Shown here: positions 25,690 through 38,200 of the stretch, piece by piece | Numbering within the stretch: position 1 is the stretch's first letter | Layout: the number at the start of each line of letters is the position of its first letter | Assembly (NCBI GenBank): GCA_030264375.1 | Contig: JASCQW010000098.1 | Span: 57,420,860-57,484,859, forward strand | Length of the DNA: 64,000 bases | Reading direction: 5' to 3' | Origin: Carcharhinus longimanus | Taxonomy: Eukaryota | Notes under the pieces: model-generated | The model's database searches: none | Seen by the model: only the letters and a program-made list of their open reading frames with translations | Told to the model about the DNA's origin: nothing | Program-made: the position numbers and the translations under genes

Positions 25690-26262
25690 TGTGGATGCTG
25701 AAAATACTCAGCAGGTGTGATGGCATCTGGTGGAAAGTGAAACAGAGTTTAAATTTCAGGTCGACCTTTTGTCAGAACTGAAAAAAGTTGGCGATGTAAC
25801 AGGTTTCTTCAAGCAAGTATGGAAACTGGAGATGGGGAGGGAATAAAAGTTACCTGTCATTTTAATTCTCTGCCCTGTCCCACTATCCTCTACCATCTGC
25901 AGTTCAAGTGAAGCTTGAGGAACAGCACTCATCTTTCTTTTAGTGGCCTTACAGATTTTGGACTGGACCTGGAATTCAATAATTTCAGATCATACCTTCT
26001 GCTATTTTTCTTTTCGTCTCATTTTATGTTTTTTGACAACAGGTTGATGATTCTCCTTTTCTCACTTGAAACATATCTTTTCTTTCCTTACTTTGCTTTG
26101 CACTGTCATCCCTTTAATCGTAAAACAAATCTTCTCCATTTCTCTTCAACCTTCATCTCTGTTTCTTGCTCAAACCTAATACACTTTTCTTAGTTCTGAT
26201 GAAAGATCATGAATCTGAAACATTAACAATGTTTCTGTCTCATCAGATGCTAGCAGACCACC
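25690..26262. mobile_element. Penelope-like element: inverted terminal repeat, ORF C-terminus and direct terminal repeat
   Basis: Remnants CHFNSLP, LEEQH and GLDLEFNNFRS. Terminal unit ttctgatgaaag..ctgaaacattaac..cagatgc at 26193 (+) and its inverse at about 25700-25780 (-). Confidence 0.72.
26193..26227 (+). ncRNA. Minimal type I hammerhead-ribozyme-like motif (Penelope-associated)
   Basis: gtt-CTGATGA-A-[AGAT catga ATCT]-GAAACAT-T-aac. Stem I is gtt/aac and stem II is perfect. ACAT is probably a CpG-decayed ACGT. Confidence 0.55.
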
Positions 26263-26577
26263 TTTGTGTCATGTCTCCAAACCTTGCAACTCATCCCTGA
26301 CCAAAGTCTCTCAATTACCTCCAATTCACTGCACTCTTATTTTTGTTCTCCTGTATGGAACATTATTAAATAGCTCTGGAAGCCCATAGAGACATGCATT
26401 GACATTCTTCCATTTAGCACCCTGAAGCATTACAGTTACTCTGTATGTAAATGTTATACAATGGAATTAGTTCAGGATGAATGCAAAGTATTTCAGTTTT
26501 TGTTCAGGGAAAGAGTGAGAGTTAACAAAAATAGTACAAATGGATTTTTTTTTTTTGCAGCTGCTAACCTGTCACTT

Positions 26578-26830
26578 ACATAAGAAATAGGAGCAGGAGT
26601 AGGCCATCCAGCCCTTCGAGCCTGCCCCGCCATTCAATAAGATCATGGCTGATNNNNNNNNNNNNNNNNNNNNNNNNNNNNNNNNNNNNNNNNNNNNNNN
26701 NNNNNNNNNNNNNNNNNNNNNNNNNNNNNNNNNNNNNNNNNNNNNNNNNNNNNCTATGAAGGCCAGCATCCCATTAGCCTTCCTGACCACCTGCTGCACC
26801 TGCAGGCTGGGTTTTTGCGACTCATGCACT
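26578..26830 (-). mobile_element. Young CR1 3' fragment spanning a gap
   Basis: QVQQVVRKANGMLAFI and the tail cataagaaataggagcaggagtaggcc. Confidence 0.85.
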
Positions 26831-28661
26831 TAAATAAACCTTTTTCATAATTTATAACCTAAAACTCCCTAAAATTTTATCAGTCACAAGAGGTCTTAGT
26901 CATATATTCAGTAAGCTAATTGCAGTAGCAAGGATTTCTGTTTAACCTGGAGACAACATGACATGATACTATATGTAAAGTTGTCTTGTTTGTCGTAAGT
27001 ATTCACTTACAAGTGATTTTGTTCAGAGCATGAGAAATGTTTTGAAGCCTAAAAATCAGTTGTTTTCCAAATTCTATTTTCTTTACATGATACTATTGGC
27101 TCTCTCTGGTCCTGTCTGTTATAAATATGATTGAAATTGGGAAAAAGATGTGTTTCCACAAGTGATATTGAACAATCCAGAATATATTTCTGAACTCTAT
27201 TTGTAGCATTTTACTTTCATGACCAGGAGAATTTGCATGGCTTGAAGGGAATTATTCAAGGATATGCTTCTTACAAGTTCTGCTCCCCAACGGGAGAAAT
27301 GGGTTATGGAATCACTGGCTCACATTTTTAATGCTGATTCTGTCGACCAGAGACTAACACAACCAATAGAAATAAATAAATGGTTGTGCACTTTTATCAA
27401 GTGCACTTAACATTTTCTTATATACCCTTGCATTTTGCTGCTGAGTTATGATTGCAGAGTTCCCTCTGGACCCTGGACAGTGGCTAATACAGTATTATTG
27501 ACACCATATCAGTACTGTGTTATTCAGTTGAAATAACGATGTCGTAATGTGGCTTAGTGCCCGATCCATGGATATTGTAAGCAAGGAATTCCATCGTCCA
27601 TAATTATTGGATCGTGTCACTTCCAAAAACAAGGAATATTTATATATTTTATAAGTTGATAGCCTATTTATTCGAGATTTAGTCCCCAGTGGGGACAGTG
27701 ACATAATAGACAGATGCTTTCAATTGTTTCCTTGTAACAGAAAATGAATTCACATATTTTCTATGGCTTGTAGCAGTTCACCAAATGATGTTACCAATTG
27801 TAAACTTGTCTGCTGTAAATGGTCAAACAAAATGATTCTGCTATTAGGATTCAGACTTCATTTTGTTTTGTAACAATTGAAGTTAATACATATCTTGTAT
27901 AAGCAACTCTGCTCTCCAATGCCCAAAATTAATTACAACTGCATAACCACTTCAAAAGTCAAGATATCATGACTGACACTGAGTATGGAAAACACTAACA
28001 TTGCTGCCAAAATTTACATGCTTCTCTTTCATGTGAATTGAGCAATGGATGTTTTTATTTCCATTAGCAAATTCAGACTATTGTATTTGTTGCGCAGATT
28101 GTAGCTCCATTTAAGGAATGCCTCTGGCTCTGACATCTTCACAAATGTGAACTAAGCCAAGCGCTTTCTCTGAACATTTATAGGATTTTCCTTTTTTATG
28201 TATTGAAAATTTTAAAGATCAGCCTACATCATGGCAAATGCACATAATATATTACTTTGCACTTAAAATGGCCTTTGGTAGTGATCAAAAGGATCTGCTC
28301 CCAGTTTTGTTACAGCCGTCTTTTATATAGATCATACAAGTATATTCAATTCTGTTCAGATCTAATCACATTCATTAAATCAATGGATTTCCTACCTTGT
28401 TTACCCAATAAGTTTTTATCAGAATACAATTATATCCATAGATCACTTATGTGGTCTTAGCTTTTTCTCCTAGAGCATTCCATTCTTTGTGTGTCTTCAT
28501 GTTACTCAAGTCATACTATTCTCTCTAGCCGCTGTCAAGTCATTCTCAACCATATTTTGAGTTGATCCTTATTTCTACTCTATTTTCTCAGGATTTCATG
28601 CATCTATTCATGTAAAAAAAATAGCATTGCTGATGAAAGGACCATTTGCAATTTACATCAA

Positions 28662-29846
28662 GGGCTGAATTTTTATGGAGACAAAGCTGTGCGCCTTAGC
28701 CAAATGGCACTGGAGCCCTGATTCCTGAAGTCCATCCCATAAACTTCTGAATGAGGGGTGGTGGGGGGGTGCATATTTTACCCATCTATGATTCACAGAG
28801 GTAATGGCATATTTAGAAGTGCAGCTTCCTTCAATCAAAAGCAATGTTCATCACCTGGGTTTCTGAAAAGCAACTTGTGGGCTTCATGAATTTGAAGAAA
28901 GATTTAAGACTGTTAACAGTAGGCGCAAAAGTTGAAAAAGATCTATGCAACTGTCTTTAAGCTGTCAAGTCATTTAAATCCCCTGCTGTTTAAATTGTGA
29001 AAAAAACAGCATGCTATGACTGAAAAAAAATGCCTACAATTTCAATAAGTATGTCTTGACATTTGCTTGAGAGTTATTGTTTTTAGAATTAGTACAGCCT
29101 AACTGTTTCCCTAACCATTCATTATGACAGTGCAAGTTCACAGGTTGTTTGGCAGTTCCAAGTGACTATAAAGGGATTAGCTGTCTTTGTGGGGCTATGA
29201 ATACAATGTTTGTTTTTATAAGTGATTAAAAACTTCAAGTATTCAAATGTGTGGAAAGAGCTTTTATCAATGAGAATTTTTAAATATTTAATGAAGTCTG
29301 TAAAATTTGGAAGTTTAATGTCAGCATGCGTCTAAGGCATGTCAATGATGGATACTGAATGAGTTGGCATGGAGGGGAAAGAGAGAGCAAAGGATGGGGA
29401 GCGTGGGTTAACATGAATTGGCATAAGTTGGTATATGGGTATGAGGGATCATTGGGGGCTTGGTAGAGGAGCATAGATTGGCATAGAATGTATGTGGGAC
29501 TATGGATGGGTAAAATGGAATAAGGTGACATAAATAGTATGAAGGGCCATGAGGGGGGNNNNNNNNNNNNNNNNNNNNNNNNNNNNNNNNNNNNNNNNNN
29601 NNNNNNNNNNNNNNNNNNNNNNNNNNNNNNNNNNNNNNNNNNNNNNNNNNNNNNNNNNATGGGGAGGGAAATGCGGTGGCATAAAGTGGCTAGATGGGGC
29701 AAGGGCTAGAGGGTTTTCCTGCTGTTGTTATAACTGAGACGGTTCACCTCCACACATGTGGCTCCTGTGGTTGACCCAGCACTATTTCCCGTTGCAGTTT
29801 GGGGATTCCTGACTCGGCACCCAATTCTGGAGTGAAATTTCAGCCC
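28662..29846. mobile_element. Non-autonomous TIR DNA transposon, Harbinger/PIF-like
   Basis: TIRs GGGCTGAAttTT and AAatTTCAGCCC, 3-bp TSD CAA/CAA. Confidence 0.6.
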
Positions 29847-29906
29847 CAAGTATTTGTATGTCATTCTTAAGGTGGTTTTACCAAGAATTAAGGGCAGAAT
29901 AAATTT

Positions 29907-30165
29907 AAGTTTATTAGTGTCGCAAGTAGATCTACATTAACATTGCAATGATGTTACTGTGAAAATCCTCTAGTTGCCATATTCCGGTGCCTATTCGGGT
30001 ATAACGAGGGAGAATTTAGCATGGCCAATTTGGACTGTGGGAGGAAATCAAACCACCCGGAAGAAACTTCCACAGGCATGGGGAGAAGATGCAGACTCTG
30101 TACAAACAGTAACCCAAGCCGGCTCCCTGGTGCTGTGAGGCAGCAGTACTAACTGCTGTACCACC
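29907..30165 (-). mobile_element. V-type SINE with the alternative (non-CR1) tail
   Basis: Reverse-strand head and V-domain. Tail ttttcacagtaacatcattgcaatgttaatgtagatctacttgcgacactaataaac. Confidence 0.82.
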
Positions 30166-30514
30166 TCAACTTGACTCATTGCTTAACAATGAACACATGT
30201 ATGAACTTCCATGCTTCTCCAACTGAAATTCTAAATTTATGCTAAATGATATGCACTTTTGTGCTGTGGATCTATTTCTGTGAACAACTAATTTGAAGAG
30301 CTGAATGAATCAATTTAGGCTAGATTTGATATAGGGTCCCATGTTTGAGAAGGCAAAATGCTGCCCGCTGCCTCTCAGTCCCTTTTCATTGATGACAAAT
30401 TAAAATGCATTATATTCCTGTGTCAGTGAAGTGGACAGCTTGCCAAATGAAAAGCCAATAATAGTTTGTGAAATGTTCCAGTTTCATCACTTAATTGGCT
30501 AGGAGAAATTGAGG

Positions 30515-30905
30515 ACATTGGACCTACACTCGAGTTTAAAAGAATAAGTGGTGATCTCATTGAAGCATACAAGACTCTGAAGAAATCACTAAGTTGTTCC
30601 CCCTGACTGAGAGTCAAGACTATGGAGCTAAAGCCTTAAGATAAGGGGTCAATCATTAAGGACTGAGATGAGAAATAGTTGTTCAAACTGTTGTGAATTT
30701 TTAAAATTTTCTACTTCAGAGGGTTGTGCAAGCTCTATCCTTGAGTATATTTAAGACTTGGGAAATATATTTTTGATCTTTTGGATTCAAGGGTGGGGGG
30801 AGCAAATAGGAAGGTGGAGTTGGGGCAGATGATCAGCCATGATCACATTGATTTGTGAAGTTGGCTCAAGGGTTCATTGGTCATTTTCTCCTATTTATGT
30901 CCCTA
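30515..30905 (+). mobile_element. CR1 3' end (diverged)
   Basis: LEFKRISGDLIEAYKTL and a gatcagccatgatc tail. Confidence 0.75.
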
Positions 30906-31732
30906 TCAACAGAAGTAGCTGGGAACAGGATTATTAGTGAAATCAGCTTGTGAACAAAGCACCAACAAATGGTATTGGAAATGTATTCCTACAAATTCTA
31001 AAGCAATTCCCTTGTAACTTTTATGGGAGAGCAAAGAAACCCCCAGAAATATGGTGTAAGTGGTCATTTGAATTGATTAGAGATTCGAATCTCTGGTTTT
31101 CAAGGACATAATGTTTACAGGATGTTATTTCTTGCAGATGCTTTTGCATTTTACCAAATATACAGCTGCTGAAAGCCTTCAAAAAAAAAGCTTTCCTATT
31201 GCCAGTCTCTGATTAATGAAATACTTCCTGTTAATTTCTTTAATTTGCTGAATTAAACCTTTATAATTTGATCTGCAAAACTATAATTTGATCTGCAGAT
31301 GGCAAGCTTGAACATCACTTTCTATTGTTCGCTGGAATACTGAGTTATGTTCAATTATTGTTTAGCAGTCTTTGTATTAATCCTTTTGGCTAAGGAAATG
31401 TTCATTTTCAATGGACTTGGTCACAAACTTAGATTTAATTCAATGTACATTTTTAAGTCTAGATATTTATATTGACTTAAAAATGATTGAATTAAATCTA
31501 AGTCACTAATCAAAAATCATATCAATTTTTCATAAGCATTGGAATAATTCCTTTAAATGTCACTATTTGATCACCAGGGTCTGTTTCTGTTAAACTAAAA
31601 TTAGTACAGTTGGTAGTGTAACTCAAATTCAAGAAAGTTGTTGCAAGGCTAAAGCTTTTTTTTAGATTGGTGCATTGTTTAGTAATCCTGTCCAGAACAA
31701 AAGATGATTTTTTTGTTTAATCAATTTATTAG

Positions 31733-31865
31733 GGCTTTCACTCAAGTATATACCTTTGGACCGACATTTCGAGCAGAAAATTCCCAAACAAGAAGACATT
31801 TAGCGGAGTTTTACATGGTGGAAGCAGAACTTGCCTTCACTGAAAGCTTGAAAGACATTATGGAG
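31733..31865 (+). CDS. NARS2: NARS2 coding exon, 133 nt (class II synthetase motif 2)
   Basis: ttag acceptor and gtaaag donor. Encodes [44 protein letters not shown]. Confidence 0.97.
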
Positions 31866-32334
31866 GTAAAGATTCCACAGTTGCAAATACATTTATGATA
31901 CTGTACTAAATCAGTGGTTTTCTACACTGTTGTCTGTATGATCTAAAGTGCATTTATTAGATTAATCTGCTGCTGATAATGGCATAACCTTATACCATCA
32001 TCAATTGCTGATTCATATATTTTATAAATGAACATTTCTCTCACCTTGAAGTTACTGTTGCGTTCTTTTTTGTGACCATCTATTCAATTTTAGCATGTGA
32101 AATAATATAAAAAGATGATTTTACAATTTTGCTTTTGAATTAACTAATTAATTATCACATTCAAAGCAAGGCAGAAACCACAACATTATAGTTAAAATGT
32201 TAAAAGTAAATACTTGTTGAATTTTTGTCACTAACTACATAAGAGTTTAATTGTGATCATCGTACAGAGAAATGCCAATTGACTTTCCTTTTTGCAGATC
32301 TAGATTATTGGCTCAGTTATTGTCCCATTCATAA

Positions 32335-32620
32335 AAACATAGAACATTACAGCACAGTACAGGCCCTTCAGACCTCAACGTTGTGCCGAGCTGTGTCCAA
32401 TCCCAAGGTCAAGCTATCCCCATGATTCTGGAGTGCTCCATGTGCCTATCCAATAACCGCTTGAAAGTTCCTAAAGTGTCCAGCTCCACTACCACCGCAG
32501 GCAGTCTATTCCACACCCCAACCACTGAGTAAAGAATCTACCTCGGGCATCCCTCCTACATCTCCCACCATGAACCTTATGGTCATGCCCCCTAGTAATA
32601 GCTACATCCACCCGAGGAAT
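32335..32620 (-). mobile_element. CR1 3' end
   Basis: TRGHDHKVHGGRCRRDARGRFFTQ and the tail catagaacattacagcacag. Confidence 0.85.
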
Positions 32621-32639
32621 TCCTGAATCTTTACTGGTG

Positions 32640-34340
32640 GTTTGCCTCAGGATGCGTCCAAATATCGATGCATGTTTCTTATCTATGTGTTGCTCCTTAG
32701 TGCCATCAGCTGAAAACTCAGTGTCAGATTCCACATGTATGCTGACAGCACCTGACTCCACTTCACCACCACCTTGCTTGAACCCTTCATTGTTTCTAAA
32801 TTATCAGTCTGACATCTAATACTGGATGAACAGAAACTTTCTCCAATTAAGTATTGGAAAGGCTGAAGCCATTGTCTTAGACTTCTGCTACAAACTCCAC
32901 TCCGTGCCAACAATTCCATCCTCCTCCTCCTTAGAAACTATCTGAGGCTGAATGAGACACTTTGCAACCTCAATGTCCTATTTGATCATGTTGTGAATGT
33001 ACCAGCAGGTCCAAAGCCACGAGCATTTCAAAAGGTATTTCGCAGTATGTGAATCCCAATAGCGAGATTAACAATTGGAGACAGATCAAAAGAAATACAT
33101 TGTCCTGCTAATTGGAAACTTTTGGGTAGACATTTGCACTATCCAGGCAAGACATACTTGTGTTAATCTGAGAACTAACAGAAGCCAAGGGGGCAGACAG
33201 CCAAATATACAGAGAGAATCTTCAATGGGAAACGATATTATTGGCAATCTTTTTGTGGAAGGAGGAGACAGATTCCACATGGCAGTCTGTAAGCCGATTC
33301 TTCTGGCAGACCAGAAGCAAGAGTGCAGAAAACCTTTTGTGGGGATAGTTAAACCCCATATCTTCACTGAACCAAGAAGAGCCATTCCCCAGAATTGTAT
33401 ACAGTGGTAATTATAAGATGGCCTTTACCTATAGGTCGATTGGATTGGATGTTCTTTGGGAAAGAATTCAATCTTGTAAATGTACTTTGGATCGAAAAGT
33501 CCTATTTAAACTGGTGTATGTATGTGTGTGTTCGTGTAACTCCCTAGTTCAATATAGTCCTGTGTGTGTATGTCATTTTTTTTATTGTAGTGCATAGTCT
33601 TTAGTAACACTGGGTATCACACGTGGCTCCTTATACCATTTCCGTAGAAAATACCACCAAGAACCGGTGCTTCTAAATTGGAACACCCTTGTACTTAGCG
33701 TCATTCAGGGTTTGTGACAATCACAAGAAGACCTTCAACCTCAAATCCTTGCCCTCACTAATGATGCTTATCTTCATTAATATAACATCACCCAACTCCA
33801 CCTTATCTCTGACATTCTACTGCTGAAACCCTCATTCTTTGTTAATCATGTTATCTCAGACTAGGATATTCTATAAACGCACTCCTTGTTGGCCTCTCAC
33901 ATTTTACCCCCATAAATCATTCAAAACTTTGCCTCTGCCCTAATATATATTAACTTCTGTTCACCCAGCACCCTTTATTCCTGGCTTCCACTGGCTCCCA
34001 GTTAACTAGCAACTAGGTTTTTAAAATTCTGATCCTTGTTTTCAAATCCCTCCATGGTCTGGCCACTGTCTATCTATGTGATCTTCTGCAGCCTTACTCA
34101 CCTCCAAAATATCTGTGCTGCTCTAATTCTGGCCTCTTGAGCTTCCCTGATTTCAATTGCTCTGCTCTCGCCTTCAGCTATGCCAGGCCCTAAATTCTGG
34201 AATTCCCTATGCTGTTGTACCTCATTTGCTTTTCAACATTTACTACTTGGACCAAGCTTTTGGGCATCTGTCCATGTATCTCCTTATTTAGCTGTGTCTT
34301 ATTCTGTTTCATAATGTGTCATATAAATACAAGTTGTTGA
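32640..34340 (+). mobile_element. L2-type LINE 3' part, interrupted by a solo LTR
   Basis: FHMYADST, WMNRNFLQLSIGKAEAI, AETLI and LHWLPV-like remnants, plus an L2-like 3' end. Confidence 0.72.
32989..33719. mobile_element. Solo LTR
   Basis: TGT...ACA ends and a perfect 4-bp TSD ATCA (32985-32988 and 33720-33723). TATA-like tatttaaa near 33503. Confidence 0.65.
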
Positions 34341-34970
34341 GTGTGGTGGTATTTTGTTATACTAGATATTTTTTTGAATACCTTCCACTATATCTTAGTG
34401 GACACTACAGCACGACGGACTGCAGATTCCCATGCAGCAAAATTCTAACCATGACTGTATGGCCAATGACAAAAAACATGCCATTTCCTCCAAATGAACA
34501 TGCAATTAAAATAAAGCCTTTTATTTATGTGTGTTCACTAGCTGAATATGAACCATGTGTTGTAGAGTATTATAAGCATCTTCTTATTTGAATAATTTGC
34601 TGATCTCTGGAAGAGTCGTGCGCATGACAGACCTGTGTACTAGCTGCTATTCGTGGTCCTGAGTTCTTGCTGTATTATAGTTTGATGTTTCTTTATATAT
34701 AAAGCAATTTGAATTTATTAACACATTTGATTACATTTTGTGGTTGAAGGTTACCACTTTTTTTTGGTGACAAGGAGAAAATGGCACTGTTAGAAAGGGA
34801 CAGAGCAATAAATGGAATGGAACAATTCAACAATCGGCAAGGCAATATAAAGATTTGCACAGCGAGTAGCTAGTTTGTGATGTGAATGGAGATCTAGAGC
34901 TCAAATCATTAGGTTCTCGTGAGTTTACCAAGGAAACAAGGTAGCAGCGCCATGGCTATGTTCAGAACTG

Positions 34971-35202
34971 TAAGAAGTCTCTCAACACCAGGTTAAAGCC
35001 CATTAGGTTTATTTGGTTGCGAAAGCCATGAGCTTTCGGGCCTCTGACCCTTCGTCAGGTGAGTGGAGAGTTCTGATCACAAACAAAGGATCAGAGGCCT
35101 GAAAGCTAGTGGCTTTTGCAACCAAATAAACCTGTCAGACTTTAATCTGGTGTTGAGACTTCTTACTGTGTTTACCCCAGTCCAATGCCAGCATCTCCCC
35201 AT
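34971..35202. mobile_element. Palindromic Penelope-derived insert, copy 2, at the start of Gypsy gag
   Basis: Inverted arms and a degenerate 14-bp TSD tatgttcagaactg / tatgtttaggacta. Confidence 0.78.
35027..35062 (-). ncRNA. Minimal type I hammerhead-ribozyme-like motif with intact core
   Basis: The minus strand reads cac-CTGACGA-A-[GGGT cagag GCCC]-GAA-AGCT-C-atg, with a palindromic AGCT in place of stem III. Confidence 0.6.
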
Positions 35203-38200
35203 TATGTTTAGGACTATCAGTAAGTTTGTGGAAGAGATTGGGGACTGGACTAAATATGTAGAAAGGTTAGTATGCTTTTTCTTGACAAATGGAATTACAA
35301 ATGAGGCTAAAAAAGCACTCTCCTCCTGAGTAGGTGTGGGGTGAAGACCTACAAGCAAATAAGAAATTTAGCTACGGCAGAGAAACCAGGGACGTTCCAT
35401 TTGTGGATTTATCTGCGTTAGTCCAGAATTACCACAACCTTAGCCCTCAGTGATTGTTCAGTGTTTCAAGTTTCATAGCAATTTTTGGGACAAACTAGCT
35501 AACTGTGGCTGAATTATGGCAGCTGTCAGAACGTTGAGAGTTTGGGGCATTTTTGGAAGACGTGTACAGAACAGACTAGTTAATGGCATTAATGAGCACA
35601 GTATTCAGCAGTATTTGCTGGGAGAAGCCACAGAAGGCTCCAGAAATTTCTCGGCATGAAAATGGCTGCCAACAATGCAAAATATATTTAGAAGACCAGT
35701 TGTGTGACACAGGCAGGTGTATTGAATCAAGTAAACAAAAGGGCTGCAAGTAAAAAGGTGAGGACACTGGAGTGTTTTAGATGTATGGGGGTCACATAAT
35801 GTGAATTGTTGCAAGTTTATGGACATTGGACAAAGAAGTTGATAAANNNNNNNNNNNNNNNNNNNNNNNNNNNNNNNNNNNNNNNNNNNNNNNNNNNNNN
35901 NNNNNNNNNNNNNNNNNNNNNNNNNNNNNNNNNNNNNNNNNNNNNNTCCTATTTCTTATGTTCTTATGTCTCCAGCACAACAACAGAAGTTATTTAGCTA
36001 AGAAGTGCTATGTGCAAAGAACAAATCAAATGCTAAACAAGAAAATTCAAATTTGTAAAAGCCTCAGTCAGCCACTCATTACCTAATGAACCTCTGACCA
36101 AAACAGAGGAGCGCTCTTACAACGTGTGTATTATGCGTGAGGGCCATGCAGAGCCTATTTGTGCTAAAATGGAGATCGTTGGTAAACAAATCAAGCTAAA
36201 GGTGCACACAGGAGCCTCTGCATCAGTACTCAGTGAAGAGACCTTCAGGAAGACTTGGGCTCTAAGCAGCTACCAGCCTTTACTCAGGCAGAAGTCAAAT
36301 TTTGGACATACACTGGAGATACCATACCATTGCTTGAGGCATTAAGAGTTGGACATTGCATACAACAGCCAAGAAACGAAAGCACCCCTCCTGGTGCTGA
36401 AAGGGAAGATGCCAATTCTATTAAAGTATGATTGGCTGAGTAAACTTTTGTTGAGTTGGGATGAGATTAAGAGCGCACAAGTGACAGAGGATGGCCACCA
36501 GAAATATCCTGAGCTGTTATTTGCTACCATAGTTAAGATTTTCGTAGATCCTCGGGCTGCTGCTTGCTTTTTCAAACCCAGAACCACGTCTTACACTAAA
36601 AGGCAAAATGGAGATGTTGGAGTGACTGCACAGGCTCGGAATCGTTGAGCCCATTCAGTTCTCTTGTTGGACAGATCCAATTGTCCTCACTTTTAAGAAC
36701 NNNNNNNNNNNNNNNNNNNNNNNNNNNNNNNNNNNNNNNNNNNNNNNNNNNNNNNNNNNNNNNNNNNNNCCATTGCCAAGGATGGAATATCTGTTTCCAA
36801 CTCTTGTGGAGGAAAGCTGTTCTCAAAGCTTGACTCAAGTCATGCCTACCAGCAACTCTTATTAGAGGAGGACTCAAAGCAGTATGTCATGAACAACACT
36901 CAAAGGGTTGTTCAGATACAATCATCTGGTTTTTGAGAGATCCTCCAGTCTGACGATCTTTCAAAGGACAATGGGCAATCTGTTATAAGGTGTTCCTTGC
37001 ATAGCAGTTTATTTGGACTACGCCTTAATTGTCGGGGGAAACTAAGGAGGACACTTCAACAACCTAGATAAAGTGTTAGAGGTTTACAGAAGCATAGCAA
37101 ATACATTTTCCAGTCAGCAAGCATGGAATATCTAGGTCACAGAATCAGAATGCTGGGTGAAGCTCCTGTGGAAGAAAAAGGTCAATCTATTAAGAATGCT
37201 CCAAATCCCAGGAATGTGTCAGAGCATAGGTCATTGCTGGGTATAGAAATTACTATGGAAAGTTTATGCCAGACCTTTCAGTAGTGTTAGTGTCACTGTA
37301 TGCTACTTCACAAAGAAACCGAATGGAAGTGGGGGCCAGCACAAGAAAAATCTTTCAAGGATGTGAAAGCATTGCTGCACTCAGCTAACCTCCTGTTTCA
37401 TTTTGGTCAACATGGAACTCATTCTGTCAGGTGATACCTCACCTATGGCATTGAGAAGTACGCTCTCATGATGGAGGACAAGTCAGAAAATCCCACTGGT
37501 TTTACGTCTTGTACGTTGGCACCAGGGCTATTCACAGTTAGACATGAAAAATCTAGCCGTCATTTTTGCTGTGGAATGGTTTTGAGTACTTTTATTGTTA
37601 TTCATTCACTATATGTACGGACCACAAGCCATTGAGTTTTCGGTGATTCCAAATATATTCCTTCCATGGCTTTGGCAAGAATGCAGTGTTGGGCTCTCAA
37701 ATGGTCAGATTAGCGCTACAATATCGTGAGCGAGGAAGGACAATATAAACTCAGACGCATTGAGTTGTCTTCCTTTACCTGGTGTGCCAACCAAGGTGGT
37801 ATTCCCTCCAGATGTCAAAGTGAGAGTAGACAAAAGACAGGGAAAGCAGTAGAGGCATGATTAGCATGCTAATAAATGATGTTTCCTTCTGAATAACGAT
37901 GTCTATTTGAAGAACTTTGATAGTAATCAACATTGGTACTTGGAATTATTCTTAACCAAAGTGGTCAAGTATCATTAGTAGTGAAACTACTTCACAGGAG
38001 AATCATTCGCAGACACCAGGATCACATTTGACGTCGTCACAACTCAGAGTCAGCAAAGGTTCCAAGTTAACAATGGAAGAGGTTGTTGCAGTGAAAGTTC
38101 AAGGAATGGTTCTTGTTGTACCGGGACTTCCCATAAGTTCTGCTTCAAAAAAGGGACACTAATGCACAGATACTGAACCTACCCTGTACCCACAAGTTCA

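Noticed and set aside
31262-31297. Short tandem duplication tataatttgatctgca x2 (similar case at about 9494-9529)
   Set aside because: Ordinary slippage duplications with no evidence of function.
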